64,000 nucleotides of DNA from assembly GCA_038087875.1 (NCBI GenBank), contig CM075989.1, positions 3,224,001 to 3,288,000 on the forward strand, written 5' to 3'. Origin of the DNA: Malacoraja senta (lineage: Eukaryota). The translations under genes and the position numbers were made by a program. Positions within the stretch are counted from its first letter, which is position 1, and every line of letters begins with the position of its first letter. This document shows, piece by piece, positions 36,518 through 49,447 of this stretch. The notes under the pieces are model-generated. The model ran no database searches. It was given only the letters and a program-made list of their open reading frames with translations, and was not told the origin of the DNA.

Positions 36518-37164
36518 AGGACCTGTCTCACTTTCACGACCTAATTCACGACCTTTTTTACTCGTGGCCATTTTTCATCATGCTAAAAAACGCCCCGACC
36601 TACTTAAGGTCACGAGTACCTACGACCAAAGATCCTATAGCGGAGCAAGATAGACCACTCCTGCTATATGCAATGGGCTAATGTGTAGTACGCAACGGAA
36701 CAGAACGTGGGCCTTTTTTTCATCCATTTCCGTAACCGGACCCGACCCGACCCGACCCGACTCGCAGTGTAATCAACATTGCGGGGGAACAGTTTGTGTT
36801 AATAAATTAAAATTCTGAAAATGAGGAGAAGATTTTGACTAAGTAACTTTTATTTATACGAGGATGTTTCCGTAACCGGCTTCCGTCTCCGCACTAGTAT
36901 CCTATGGGATCTTTGGTGCGGACGGAAGCCGGTTATGGAAATGGGGCCTTAAATTATCCAGGAATCTGCCCATGACCGTACTACGTCTTTTTCATCGAGT
37001 GGACTATCTTGCTCACTATAGGATCTTTGACAACGACTCGCATCACGACCTCCTACGACCTACCTATGAACTCCTACAACCTCGTGACGACCATGCTGCG
37101 AGTATGAGTCAAGGGCAAACTCGGCAGAGGTTGTGAATTAGGTCTTGAAAGTGGGACAGGCCCT
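36518..37164. mobile_element. PIF/Harbinger-like MITE carrying a nested insertion
   Basis: TAA TSD; TIRs like those of 38381-38618; inserted in a PLE pLTR (GCTGGAGTAA|CTCAG). Confidence 0.85.
36627..37029. mobile_element. CAAAG-terminated MITE (P-element-like)
   Basis: About 33-bp imperfect TIR CAAAGATCCTATAG..; degenerate 8-bp TSD CCTACGAC/ACAACGAC; absent from the 38381 copy of the host MITE. Confidence 0.7.
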
Positions 37165-38140
37165 TAACTCAGTGGGACAGGCAGCATCTCTGGATAGAAG
37201 GAATGGGTGACGTTTCGGGTCGAGACTCTTCTTCAGACTGATTCAGGGTAGAGGGAGACAGAGATATGGAAGGGTAAGGTGTGAAAACAAGAGATCAAAG
37301 GATGCAAAGCTCAAGCAAAATGTAGAATAGATCATTGTTACCTGTGGAAGGTGACAACGTGGCATCCAATCAGTAAAACCTAATCAGGAGGACAGTCAAA
37401 CTAGTCGAAGAACTAGCATGGTGGAGGGATGGAGAGAAAGAGAAAGCAAGAGTTACTTGAAGTTAGAGAAGTCAATGTTCATACCGCTGGGTTGTAAACT
37501 GCCCAAGCGAAATATGAGGTGCTGTTCCTCCAATTTGCGCTGGGCCTCACTCTGATAATGGAGGAGGCCCAGGACAGAAAGGTCAGTGTGGGAATGTGAG
37601 GGGAAGTTTAAGTGTTTAGCAACCGGGAGATCAGATAGGTCCAAGCGGACTGAGCGGAGGTGTTCAGCGAAACAAACGCCGAGCCTGCGCTTGGTCTCTC
37701 CAATATATAGGAGTCCACACCTGGAACAGCAGATACAGTAGATGAGGTTGGAAGAGGTGCACGTGAACCTCTGTCGCACCTGAAAGAACTGTCAGGGTCC
37801 TTGGACGTAATCGAGGGAGGAGGTATAGGGACAGGTGTTGCATGTCCTGCAGTTGCAGGCAAAGTCTGCTCCAATGATGTTTGTATGCCTTGTTGTCACT
37901 TTCCCTTCAGCCAAAAATGAACCATTGTACATTGCCTTAATCATCCTCTGCTTTGATCTGTCCTTTTCACACATTACATGTTTGTACCCTTCCATATCTC
38001 TAGTTTTCCTCTCCCCTGACTCTCAGACTGAAGAAGGGTCTCGACCCGAAACACCACCCATTCCTTCTCTCCAGGGATGTCCCGCTGAATTACTCCAGCA
38101 TTTTGTGTCTACCTTCAGTGTATCTGCAGTTCCTTCCTAC
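37165..38140 (-). mobile_element. Penelope-like element 3' part with inverted pLTR
   Basis: GIY-YIG ORF 37453-37779 on the minus strand; opposite-orientation pLTR at about 37875-38140. Confidence 0.88.
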
Positions 38141-38380
38141 ACATGGTTCCAAAGGAAGATGGTTGCAAAAGAAATAACATTATATTCACCAGCAAAAGAG
38201 AGAATTCTGAGCATGAGGTGCAGGAAGAAACATCATAGAGTCACTGAGTTATACAGCATGGAAATTGGCCCTTCGGCCCAACTTGCCCACACCGGCCAAC
38301 ATGTCCCAGCTACACTAGTCCCACCTGCCCGCGTTTGGTCCATATCCCTCCAAACCTGTCCTATCCATGTACCTGTCTAA

Positions 38381-38618
38381 AGGGCCTGTCCCACTTTCAC
38401 GACCTAATTCACGACCTTTGTTACTCGTGGACATTTTTCATCAGGCTAGGAAAATGCCCCGACCTACTTGATGCCACGAGTACCTACGACTAGCATCACG
38501 GCCTACCTACGACCTACCTACGACCTCCTACGACCTCGTGACGACCATACTGCGAGTATGAGTCAAGGGCAAACTCGGCAGAGGTCGTGAATTAGGTCGT
38601 GAAAGTGGGACAGGCCCT
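38381..38618. mobile_element. PIF/Harbinger-like MITE (238 bp)
   Basis: 37-bp TIR AGGGCCTGTCCCACTTTCACGACCTAATTCACGACCT; TAA TSD. Confidence 0.9.
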
Positions 38619-41169
38619 TAACTGTTTCTTAAATGTTGGGATAGTCCCCGCCTCAACTACCTCCTCTGGCAGCTTGTTCCATACACCCACCACCCTTTGT
38701 GTACCAAAGACAATGGTGGGGAATGGGACAGCACAGTGGTAGAGTTGCTGCCTCACAGTGCCAGAGACCACGGTTTGATCCCGACTGAACATGGACACAA
38801 AGTGCTGGGGTAACTCAGCGGGCCAGGCAGCATCTCTGAAGAAAAGGGTTGGGTGATGTTTCAGGTCGGGGCCCGTCTTCAGATGATTGGAGTTGAAGAG
38901 CTGGGAGCAAGAAAAGACCAGGAACAATCAGGGCCAGCTACAAATGACACCCGTACTAATCAAGTACTTTTTCCCAGAACCATCCCACCAACAACTAAAG
39001 GGCAGTCCTGAGCTACTACCGTCCTCAATAGAGACCCTTGGACTATATTTGGTTGGACTTTACTGGACTATCTTGCACTCAACGTTATTCATGTTATTCC
39101 CTTTATCATGTATCTGTACACTGAGGAAGGCTCGATTGTAATCACGTATTGTCTTTCCGCTGGCTGCATAGCTCTGTTTAGTTTATTGTGACGTGGACCG
39201 AGGTACAGTGAAAAGCTTTTTGTTGCGTGCTAACCAGTCAGCGGAAAGACAGCAGTGTACAAGGTAAAGTGCAAGGTAAAGCCAGCAAAGTCCGATCAAA
39301 AATAGAGGATCATCAAATGATCAAGGATATCAAGGATAGTCCGAGGGTTAGCACGCAGCAAAAGCTTTTCACTGTACCTCGGTGCAAGTGCCAATAAACT
39401 AAACTCAAGGCATGAATATTGTCGACAAACTCAGCGTTTATTACACATTCTTACCGGTCAATAATTTAGGTTTCTCAGAGAGCAGCAATCACATTGCTGT
39501 TGCTTGGGAGTCACGTATCAATCTGATCAAATAAATGGAATAGATTTCCTATCCGGCAAAGGGCATGAGTGAATTAGATGAGTTTTCCCTGACCTTTTTA
39601 CTTCTAGATTTACTTAATTAACTGAGATTAAAGTGCCTCGCCACTATGGTGGAATCCAAACACTCTGCAGAAGGGTCTCGATCTGAAACGTCACCCGCTC
39701 CTTCTCTCCATAGATGCTGCTGCCTGTCCCGCTGAGTTACTCCAGCATTTTGTGTCTCTCTTTGGATTCTTCCTCCAAACCTATGAATGGCTGATCCATT
39801 AATTTAATCACCGTGGTCACATGGAGAAAAAAGGTTTAGAAACCTCAGGAAAAGAAAATAAGAAACGCTGAGAATTGTGCACAAGGCATTAAGGAAACGG
39901 AATCAGTGTGAAGACTTTGAAATGACAATTGGTTTCAGTGTGTTAGATACTAAGAAGGTGTTTCCATGAAATATTCCTGAACATGGGATGAACAGAGGAA
40001 GTCTAGAAGCCCATTCCCATGCCTACCACATGTTTTAGCAAAATGTTGCATATATTAGAGGGTATTTTAGTTTGATAGTTTAGTTTAGAGAGACAGCACC
40101 CGTAGTAACGATCAAATCCAGGTCTCTGGCGATGAAAGGTAGTATCTCTACCGCTGCGTCACCATGCCATCCAGAGACATTAGTTCAGCGAATCTCATTA
40201 GTTTAGATTAGCTACAGGCAGAGGTTGGATAGACTTGGATTGTTTTTTTCTGGAACGCCAAAGGTGGCGGTGAGACATGATGGAAGTATATCAAATTATG
40301 AGAGGCAGAGATAGGATAGACAGTCAGGATATTTTTCCCAACAAGGGAAAATCAAATGCTAGAGGGCGTAGCTTTAAGGTGTGGAGGGCAAAGTTTAATT
40401 GAGGTGTTTAAGTTAGTTTTGAGATTATTTGAGAGATACAGTACGGAAACAGCCCCTTCGGCCAACTTAGTGCACGCCGACCTGTGATCCCTGTACACTA
40501 ACACTATCCGACACATTAGGGATCATTTTTACCGACGTCAACTACAAACATGTACGTCGTTTCAGTGTGGGAGGAAACCGGAGCTCCCGGAGAAAACCCA
40601 CACAGGTCACGGGGAGAATGTACAAACATGGTACAGGCAGGACCCGTAGTCTGGATGGAACCTGGGTCTCTGGCACTGTAAAGCAGCAACTCTACCGCTG
40701 CGCCACCGTGCCGTCCTCAGTGCCAGAGACCTTCAGTTTCCTCCCACACTCCAAAGACGTACAGATTTGTAGGTTAATTGGCTTGGTGCAGACTCGGTGG
40801 GCCGAAGGGCCTGTTTCCGCCCTGTATCTCTAAACTAAACTAAACTAAACCACTCCTGAAACAATCAATAGTATAATTCTTGGAATGAACTACAATGATA
40901 CTCCTGGGACTGACCATAATACTCTTCAATGCTAAATAATACCACTGGAAACGATCACACTGTTCATAAGGTCAGAAGGTCAGAAGGAATAGGAGTAGAA
41001 TTAGGCCATTCGGCCCATCAAGTCAACTCCACCATTCAATCATGGCTGATCTATCTCTCCCTCCTAACCCCATTCTCCTGCCTTCTCCCCATAACCTCTG
41101 ACACCCGTACTAATGAAGAAACTCAGGAGGCAGTTGCAAACATCATTCCTGGTACAATGGTGTACAACT

Positions 41170-41478
41170 GGGCAGTCACGGTGGCACAGCGGTAGAGTTG
41201 CTGCCTTACAGCGAATGCAGCGCCGGAGACCAGGGTTCGATCCTGACTACGGGGTGCTGTCTGTACGGAGTTTGTGCGTTCTCCCCGTGACCTGCGTGGG
41301 TTGTCTCCGAGATCTTCGGTTTCCTCCCACACTCCAAAGACGTACAGTTATGTAGGTTAATTGGCTTGGTAAATGTAAAAATTGTCCCTAGTGTGTATTA
41401 ATGTGCAGGGATCGCTGGTCGGCGCGGACCCGGTGGGCCAAAGGGCCTGTTTCAGCGCTGTATCTCTAAACTAAACTG
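41170..41478 (+). mobile_element. HE1-like V-SINE
   Basis: Full head-to-tail copy. Confidence 0.9.
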
Positions 41479-41479
41479 G

Positions 41480-42420
41480 AGCAGTTCACGAGTTGGGCAT
41501 CAATTAAAATGTAGGACCTGGCTCAGTGCTACATGCTGGTGTGGGCAGCAATGGGAGGATAGGACTGATGATAATGTGGCTGAGGAGTTAGTACAGGGGA
41601 CAGGGGTTCACATTCTTGGACCATTGGGATCTCTTCTGGAGCGGAGGAGACCTGTACGACAGGGACACGTTGCACCTGGACTGGAGGGGCACCAACCTCC
41701 TTGCAAGGCGGTTTGCTCGTGCTATTCAGGAGGGTTTAAACTAGAGAGGCAGTGGGGTGAGAACGAGAGCAGCAGGTCAGCAAAGGGGAGGACTGATGAG
41801 AAAGTGGAGGTTGTGACAAGTAAACTTCAACGGAAGAACAGGCAGGGAGATGGAGATGATGAATATGGAGATGATGAAGAGCTGGCCAAGCTGACCCCTA
41901 CAACACCGACCCAGTGTCAAAGGGCCTTTGTGGCCAAGTTAAGGCTAACATTTTCAAGAACTTTGAAGCCTGAAGGATACAAGATGGGGCTGGAAATGTG
42001 GCAACCCCTATGTACTGACAGTGAAATCAACTATTCGTACCCTCTTGTACATAAGTAAGATTGCGTGTATGTATAGTGAGATGTTTACTGAGACACAATG
42101 AATAAGGGGATTGAAGGCTTTGTGGCCAAGTTTGCTGATGATGCTAAGATAGTGGAGGGGTATGCAGTGTAGAGGAAGCAAGAAGGACATGGACAGTTTA
42201 GAAGCATGGGCAGAGAAGTGGCAGCTAAAATTCAGTGCAGCAAAGTGCGGAGTCATGCATTTTGGTAATAAGAATAAAGGCGTCGATTATTTTATAAATG
42301 GGGAGAGAATCCAGAAATCGGAGGTGGAGAGGAACATGGGAGTGGTGGTGCTGGACTCCCAACACGTTAATTTGCAAGTCGACTCAATAGTAAGGAAGGC
42401 AAATTCAATGCTAGCATTTA
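41480..42420 (+). mobile_element. Decayed CR1 LINE pieces (ORF1 esterase-like region and RT)
   Basis: GFTFLDHWDLFW-like segment; AKFADD, WQLKFSAAKCGVMHFG. Confidence 0.7.
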
Positions 42421-42428
42421 TAGCATTT

Positions 42429-42728
42429 GGGAGGTCACGGTGGTGCAGCGGTAGAGTTGCTGCCTTACAGCGAATACAGCGCCGGAGACCCGGGCTCGAT
42501 CCTGACTACGGGTGCTGTCTGTATGGAGTTTGTACGTTCTCCCCGTGACCTGCGTGGGTTTTCTCCCAGATCTTCGGTTTCCTCCCACACTCCAAAGACG
42601 TACAGGTTTGTAGGTTAATTGGCTTGGTAAATGTAAAAATGTTAATATGTGGGATTCGCTGGCCGGCGCGGACTCGGTGGGCTGAAGGATCTGTTTCCGC
42701 ACTGTATCTCTAAACTAAACTAAACTAA
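42429..42728 (+). mobile_element. HE1-like V-SINE
   Basis: Full head-to-tail copy with (TAAAC)n. Confidence 0.9.
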
Positions 42729-42802
42729 TTGCAAGAGGACTGGGCATTTCACCGTACCTGGTTACATGTGACAACTTACAAAGCACCATTGTCCAGGGTC
42801 TT

Positions 42803-43456
42803 GGGCCTGTCCCACTTTGGCCGTCAGTTCAGCGACAGGCTGTTGGCGCGCGAAGATTTTGTTCACTACAAAAATTTCAGAGCCAATTCCAATTCAATTC
42901 AATTTATTTGTCTTTTGAGGGACAAATTTGTCATTTGGACCCCTTGAGGTCCAAACGAAATGTCGTTTCTGCAGCCATACAATACAAAACAAAGAAGACC
43001 CGAGACACAACACAATTTACACATACATCCATCACAACGCTGTGATGGAAGGCAAAAATAACGTATCTCTCCACTGCACTCCCCCCCCCCCCCCCGATGT
43101 CAGAGTCAAAGTCAAAGCCCCCGGCGGGCGATGGTGATTGTCCCGCAGCCATTAAAGCCACGCCGGGTGATGCAGGGTCGCGCACACGGGTCTTGGTGTT
43201 AGAGCCCCGGCGCTCGCCCGCAAAGTCCGGCAGCCATTCCAAGCCGCGCGGGGGGATAAAGCCCCGCTCCAGGTGCTCCTCAACCCCGCAACTCGGGCGG
43301 GAGAAGTCGCCGCACGCGATGTCTCGCACAACTAAAAAAAACCTCCGCGCTTCTTAGTGGGACCGGCCCCGCGCGGCCATACGATGCCCGTGCCCTCAAC
43401 GCAACCACGGGGTCGCGTAATTTGCGTGCCAAGGACACGTAAGTGGGACAGGCCCT
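42803..43456. mobile_element. Harbinger-like MITE containing a minus-strand Rex-tailed retroposon (about 42884-43320)
   Basis: GGGCCTGTCCCACTT / AAGTGGGACAGGCCC termini; TSD not clean. Confidence 0.6.
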
Positions 43457-43968
43457 TTACTCCTTACTCCTGAGGCAATGTGGGGTTATACTCCCACAAC
43501 AGTGTGGGAGTATAACTGAAGCAACCAGTGGAACTTGCAAGTGAACGAGTCTGAAGAAGGGCCTCGACCCGAAACGTCACCCATTCCTTCTCTCCAGGGA
43601 TGCTGCCTGTCCCGCTGAGTTACTCAAGCTTTTTGTGTCCACCGTGTGAAAGACAGGTTCCATGATCTGCACTGCCCTGCATCAATTGTCTTTGCTGATT
43701 GCCCTGTCTATCAGAGCGAGCCTCTGGTTTGATGCTACATACATTTTACCTGACAACCCTGTGTAAGGTTGGACGGGCATGTAGGCAGCTTGAAGATTGC
43801 GAGTTTCAGATGAGTGAAAATGGTCTAATGACTTCTTGAAGCTTAAACATCAGCTTCATGTTCAGTGGACTGTCCATTCACCTTCCTGCCTTAAATTATC
43901 TCTCTGCTGCCCCTGCTCTCTTTTGCTTGCACATGAAATTCCTCGTATGTTGCAAAACATACTTGGCG

Positions 43969-44168
43969 NNNNNNNNNNNNNNNNNNNNNNNNNNNNNNNN
44001 NNNNNNNNNNNNNNNNNNNNNNNNNNNNNNNNNNNNNNNNNNNNNNNNNNNNNNNNNNNNNNNNNNNNNNNNNNNNNNNNNNNNNNNNNNNNNNNNNNNN
44101 NNNNNNNNNNNNNNNNNNNNNNNNNNNNNNNNNNNNNNNNNNNNNNNNNNNNNNNNNNNNNNNNNNNN
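43969..44168. other. Assembly gap (200 N)
   Basis: Run of N. Confidence 1.
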
Positions 44169-45048
44169 CAACTGTCCACACACGTTCAATGTTATCCCAC
44201 TTACTCATCCACTCCCGAGTCACTAGGGGCAATTTACAGAAACTAATTAACCTACGAACCTGCACCTCTTTGGGATGTGGGAGGAAACCCGGAGGAAACA
44301 CACGTGGTCACAGGAAGGCCATGCAAACTCTACACAGTCAGCAGCCATGGTCAGGATTGAACCCGGGTCTCTGGTGCCGTGAGGCAGCAGCTCTACCTGC
44401 TGTACCATTGTGCCACTCAGTATTTCTTGTGCCAAACACCATGTTTTGTAGATAAACTGTGGCACTTCAGGAACTCCGACACTGCTCCTCCCAGTACATT
44501 AGCAGATGGAAACTTGTACTTTTCCAATTAGAGTGGCACGGTGGCGCAGCGGTAGAGTTGCTGAATCACAGCGCCAGGGACCCGGGTTCGATCCTGACTA
44601 TGGGTGCTGTCTGTACAGAGTTTGTACGTTCTCCCCGTGACCCACGTGGGTTATCTCCAGTTCTCTCTGGTTTCTTCCCACGCTCCAAAGACGTACAGGT
44701 TTGTAGGCTAATTGGCCTGGTATAATTGAAATTGTCCCTAGTTTGTGTGTAGGATAGTGTGAGTGTGAGATGATCGCTGGTTGGTGCGGACTCGGAGGGG
44801 GAAGGGAGATAACTCAGCCGGACAGGCAGCATCTGTGGAGAGAAGGAATGGGTGATGTTTCGGGTCGAGACCCTTCTCTCTTTGTGTCTGGAACTCCACC
44901 CTCGTGGACCCTTGGTACTGGAGTTGATACAAGTTGTCCTTATTTCAGGCAGCTTTATGCTGAGCTTATCAACAACGCAGGAGCAGAATTGAAGTTGCAG
45001 CGCTCATTAACATCCTCATTGTTGTATTCCTCTTTGTTATTACAACGT

Positions 45049-45373
45049 GGGCGGCATGGTGGTGCAGCGGTAGACTTGCTGCCTGACAGCGCTTTCAGAG
45101 CCAGGCATGCAGGTTCGATCCCGGCTACAGGTGCTGTCTGTACAGAGTTTGCATGTTCTCCCCGTGACCTGCGTGGATTTTCCCCAGGTGCTCCGGTTTC
45201 CTCCCGCACTCCAAAGACGTACAGGTTTGTAGGTTAATTGGCCTCGGTAAAGATTGTAAATTGTTCCTAGTGTGTAGGATGGTGCTAGTGTACGGGGATC
45301 GCTGGTCGGTGCCGACTCGGTGGACCGAAGATGCTGTTTCCATGCTGTATCTCTAAATTAAACTAAAATAAAC
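45049..45373 (+). mobile_element. HE1-like V-SINE
   Basis: Full head-to-tail copy. Confidence 0.88.
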
Positions 45374-45577
45374 TAGGAATTAGTGCCTTACAAGTGGAGA
45401 AGTGCAATGTTTGGGAAGTCGAACCAAGGCAGGACTTTCACAGTGAATGGCAGGGCTATGGGGAGTGTTATAGAGCAGAGGGATCTAGGAGTGCAGGTAC
45501 ATAGCTTCATGAAAGTGGCGTCACAGTAGATAGGGTGGTCGAGAAGGCTTTCATCTGTCAGGGTACTGTGTATAGAA

Positions 45578-45819
45578 TTTAAGAAGGAACTGCAGATGCT
45601 GGAAAATCGAAGGTAGACAAAAGTGCTGGAGAAACTCAGCGGGTGCAGCAGCATCTATGGAGCGAAGGAAATAGGCAACGTTTCGGGCCGAAACCCTGAA
45701 GGAAATAGGCAACGTTTCGGGACGAAACCCGGAAGGGTTTCGGGCCGAAACGTTGCCTATTTCCTTCGCTCCATAGATGCTGCTGCACCCGCTGAGTTTC
45801 TCCAGCACTTTTGTCTACC
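45578..45819 (-). mobile_element. Fold-back PLE-derived mini-element (same structure as 11031-11273)
   Basis: Near-identical reverse complement of the 11031 unit; 14-bp flanking duplication with 2 mismatches (45564-45577, 45820-45833). Confidence 0.85.
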
Positions 45820-47029
45820 TACTGAGTGTAGAAGTTGGGATGTGTAGGAAAGAACTGCAGATGCTGGTTTAAACCGAAGATGGGCGCAAAAAGCTGGAGT
45901 AACTCAACGGGACGGGCAACATCTCTGGAGAGAAGGAATGGGTGGCGTTTCGGTTCGAGTCCCTTCTTCAGACCTGAAGGGTCTCGACCTGAAACGTCAC
46001 CCATGCCTTATTTCCAGAGATGCTGCCTGTCCCGCTGAGATACTCCAGCTTTTTGCATTTATCTATAGAAGTTGGGAAGTTATATTACAGGTGTACAGGT
46101 GAGGCCACTTTAGGAGTATTGACTATTACATCCTTCTTGTAATGAGGCGACCATTACAATACTCACAATACTCCAAACGCAAGAGTAACCAATGTTCAAT
46201 GAAGCTGCATCATGACCTTCTGGCTCCCATACTCAATGCCCCGACCAATGGAGGCAGGTAGAGCTTCTTTACCACCTTCTTTACCACCCTATAGAAACAT
46301 AGAAACATAGAAAATAGGTGCAGGAGGAGGCCATTCGGCCCTTCGAGCCAGCACCACCATTCATTATGATCATGACTATCAATAACCCGTGCCTGCCTTC
46401 TCCCCATATCCATTGCCTCCACTAGCCCCTAAAGCTCTATCCAACTCTCTCTTAAATCCATCCAGTGATTATGATCAATGGCTGATCGTCCCCAATCAAT
46501 AACCCGTGCCTGCCTTCTCCCCATATCCCTTGGATTAATTGGCCACCAGAATCTGCCTCAGGTTAGAAAGGAACTGCAGATATTTGTTTACAGCAAAGAT
46601 AGACACAAATGCTGGAGTAACTCAGCAGGACAGGCAGCATCTGTGGGGAGGAGGAATGGGTGACGGTTCGGGTCGAGGCCTGAAGAAGGGTCGAGACCCG
46701 AAACATCACCCATTCCTTCAGTCAAGAGATGCGGCCTGTCCAGCTGAGTTACTCCGGTATTTTGTGTCTATCTCAGGTGCGTCAGTGAGTGGTGGAATCA
46801 AGGGGAGGAGATGAGAATGTGGGGGAATACAATAGGATTAGCATAAAATTCGTGTAGAAAATTACCCAACTTGCCAGAGTAACTCAATGGGTCAGACGTT
46901 TCGGGTAGGACCGATCTTCTTCAGACCGATCCAACACAAAATGTCACCTATCCATGTTCTCCACAGATGCTGCCTGACCTGCTGAGTTATTCCAGCACTT
47001 TGTGTCTTTTCTTGTCAACCAGCATATGA

Positions 47030-47680
47030 CAATACAATACGACAGAATTTTCCAACAGTCATAAAAACACAACATACATGAAACATGAAATTAAAGTGAC
47101 GAGTGGAAAGGCTTTGGGGGTGTGTAAAGATTGAGGAGGTGGGGGGGAGCGGGGAGGGGGGAGGGAGTCAGTCTCAGTCTCAGTCTACCCCACGACAGAA
47201 GGGGGAGGAGTTGTACAGTTTGATAGCCACTGGGAAGAAGGATCTCCTGTGGCGTTCTGTGCTGCATCTTGGTGGAACCAGTCTGTTGCTGAAGGTGCTC
47301 CTCAGGTTGACCAGTGTGACATGGAGGGGGTGAGCTGTATTGTCCAGGATGCTCCGCAGTTTGAGGAGCATCCTCCCCTCCAAGACCCACCTCCCATGAA
47401 TCCAACTCCAACTCCACCCCCAGGACGGAGCCAGCCTTCCTGATGAGTTTGTTGATCCTATTGGCGATCACGGCCTTCGCCCCAGCACACGGCAGCGAAG
47501 AAGATGGCACTGGCTGCCACCGATTGTTAGAACATCTGCAGCATCTTACTGCAGACGTTGATGGAGCGGAGCCTTCTCAAAAAGTACAGCCGTCTCTGTC
47601 CCGTCTTGTACAGGGCCTCAGTGTTCCTGGACCAGTCCAGTTTACAATCCAGGTACACTCCCAGGTATTTGTACTCCCTG
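47030..47680 (-). mobile_element. Rex1/Babar LINE 3' fragment (second subfamily)
   Basis: YKYLGVYLD, SRLYFLRRL, STERHRRSFFPVAIKLYN; (TATTG)n tail. Confidence 0.85.
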
Positions 47681-48311
47681 CTAAACTACACATCCGCACT
47701 GCACCAATGCACATCCACATCTGCAGTTCCTTGTTTCCACATGAGATTAGTGTAGATAGGTTCTTGGTGGCTTAGTGCAGACTTGGTGGGCAGAATGGCC
47801 TGTTTCTGTTCTTTATGATTTATAATCTAAACCCAGAGTAAAACAGGGCATGTGCAGGAAGGAACTGCAGATGCTGGTTTAAACCGAAGATAGACACAAA
47901 ATGCTGGAGTAACCCAACGGGACAGGCAGCATCTGTGGAGAGAAGGAATGGGTGACGTTTCGGGTCAAGACCCTTCTTCAGACTGAGAGTCAGGGGAAAG
48001 GGAAACGAGAGATATAGACGGTGATATGGAGAGATATAGAACAAATGAATGAAAGATATGCAAAAAATCGACGATGATAAAGAAAACAGGCCATTGTTAG
48101 CTGTGGAAAAGTCATGCTCCATTCTGAAGGAGTGCCTAAGAAGAAAAAGGCAACTCTCAGGTGTTCTTTTAAACAATTTGGCCGTGGGCCATGAAACCAG
48201 TTGCATAGCAGACTGAGGCAATTGCTGTTGTCTAAAAGGATGTGAGGTTTGCACATAATTTAGTGTTAATTCTCAGCGGGTCTTTGCACTGTGTTGGCTT
48301 GTGGTGACCTG

Positions 48312-48330
48312 CACTGCCCTCTGGTGGCCA
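48312..48330 (-). promoter_or_regulatory. Candidate CTCF binding site
   Basis: TGGCCACCAGAGGGCAGTG matches the CTCF core consensus and lies in non-repeat sequence. Confidence 0.55.
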
Positions 48331-49011
48331 GTCATGATTGATCATTCCACGTTAAATGCGGAAGATAGACACAAAATGCTGGGGTAACTCAGCGGGACAG
48401 GCAGCATCTCTGGAGAGAAGGAATGGGTGACGTTTCGGGCCGAGACCCTTCTTCAGACTGAGAGTCAGGGGAGAGGGAGACACAGAGATAAGGAAGGCTA
48501 AAGGTGTCCAAGCGAGATGATGATGATCAAGGAATACGTAGAATAGATCATTGTTAGCTGGGAGAAGGTAACAACAAAGCAAACAGAGATAAAATGTAAT
48601 CAGGGGAACAGTCAGACTGGTCGGAGAACTGGGAAGGGGGAGGGATGGAGAGAGAGGGAAAGCAAGGGTTACTTGAAGTTAGAGAAGTCAATATTCATCC
48701 CGCTGGGGGTGTAAGCTGCCCAAGCGAAATATGAGGAACTCCACTATGAAATCTCCTCAAGGTATGCCTACATTAAATGCATTCTGTCTGGTCTGCATGC
48801 ATCACTCTTGTTTGTACCCGAGGCACTCAGAAGCAGTTGTTTACAGATCAATTATATTTGAAGCACAAATTCCTTTGATGGTTTAGTAATGGTTTTGGAA
48901 AGACACTAGTGAGGTGCCAGGTAACTGGAGCATGGCTAATGTGTCTCTATTTCAGGAGTGCTGCAAGGAAAAGCCTGGGAACTATAGACCAGCGAGCCTA
49001 ACATCTGTGGT

Positions 49012-49447
49012 ACACAAAAATGCTGGAGAAACTCAGCGGGTGCAGCAGCATCTATGGAGCGAAGGAAATAGGTAACGTTTCGGGCCGAAACCCTTCTTCA
49101 GACTGATAGGGGGTGGGGAAGAAAGGAAAAAAGGAAAAGGCGGAGGAGGAGCCCGAGGGCTGGGGGAGGGGAGGAGACAACCAGATGGCTGATGAAGGGG
49201 AGGGGACAGCCAGGGCTAGCAGAATTGGGAGAATTCAACGTTCAGGCCACCAGGATGTAGACTGCCCAAGCGGAATATGAGGTGCATTTCCTCCAATTTA
49301 CGGTGTTGCTCGCTGTGGCCATGGAGGAGACCCAGGACAGAGAGGTCAGATACGGAATGGGAGGGGGAGTTGAAGTGCTGAGCCACCGGGAGTTCAGGTT
49401 GGTTATTGCGGACCGACCGGAGGTGTTCGGCGAAACGATCGCCAAGC
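49012..49447 (-). mobile_element. PLE 3' fragment inserted in an old CR1 (about 48900-50200)
   Basis: 10-bp TSD CATCTGTGGT (49002-49011, 49448-49457). Confidence 0.85.
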
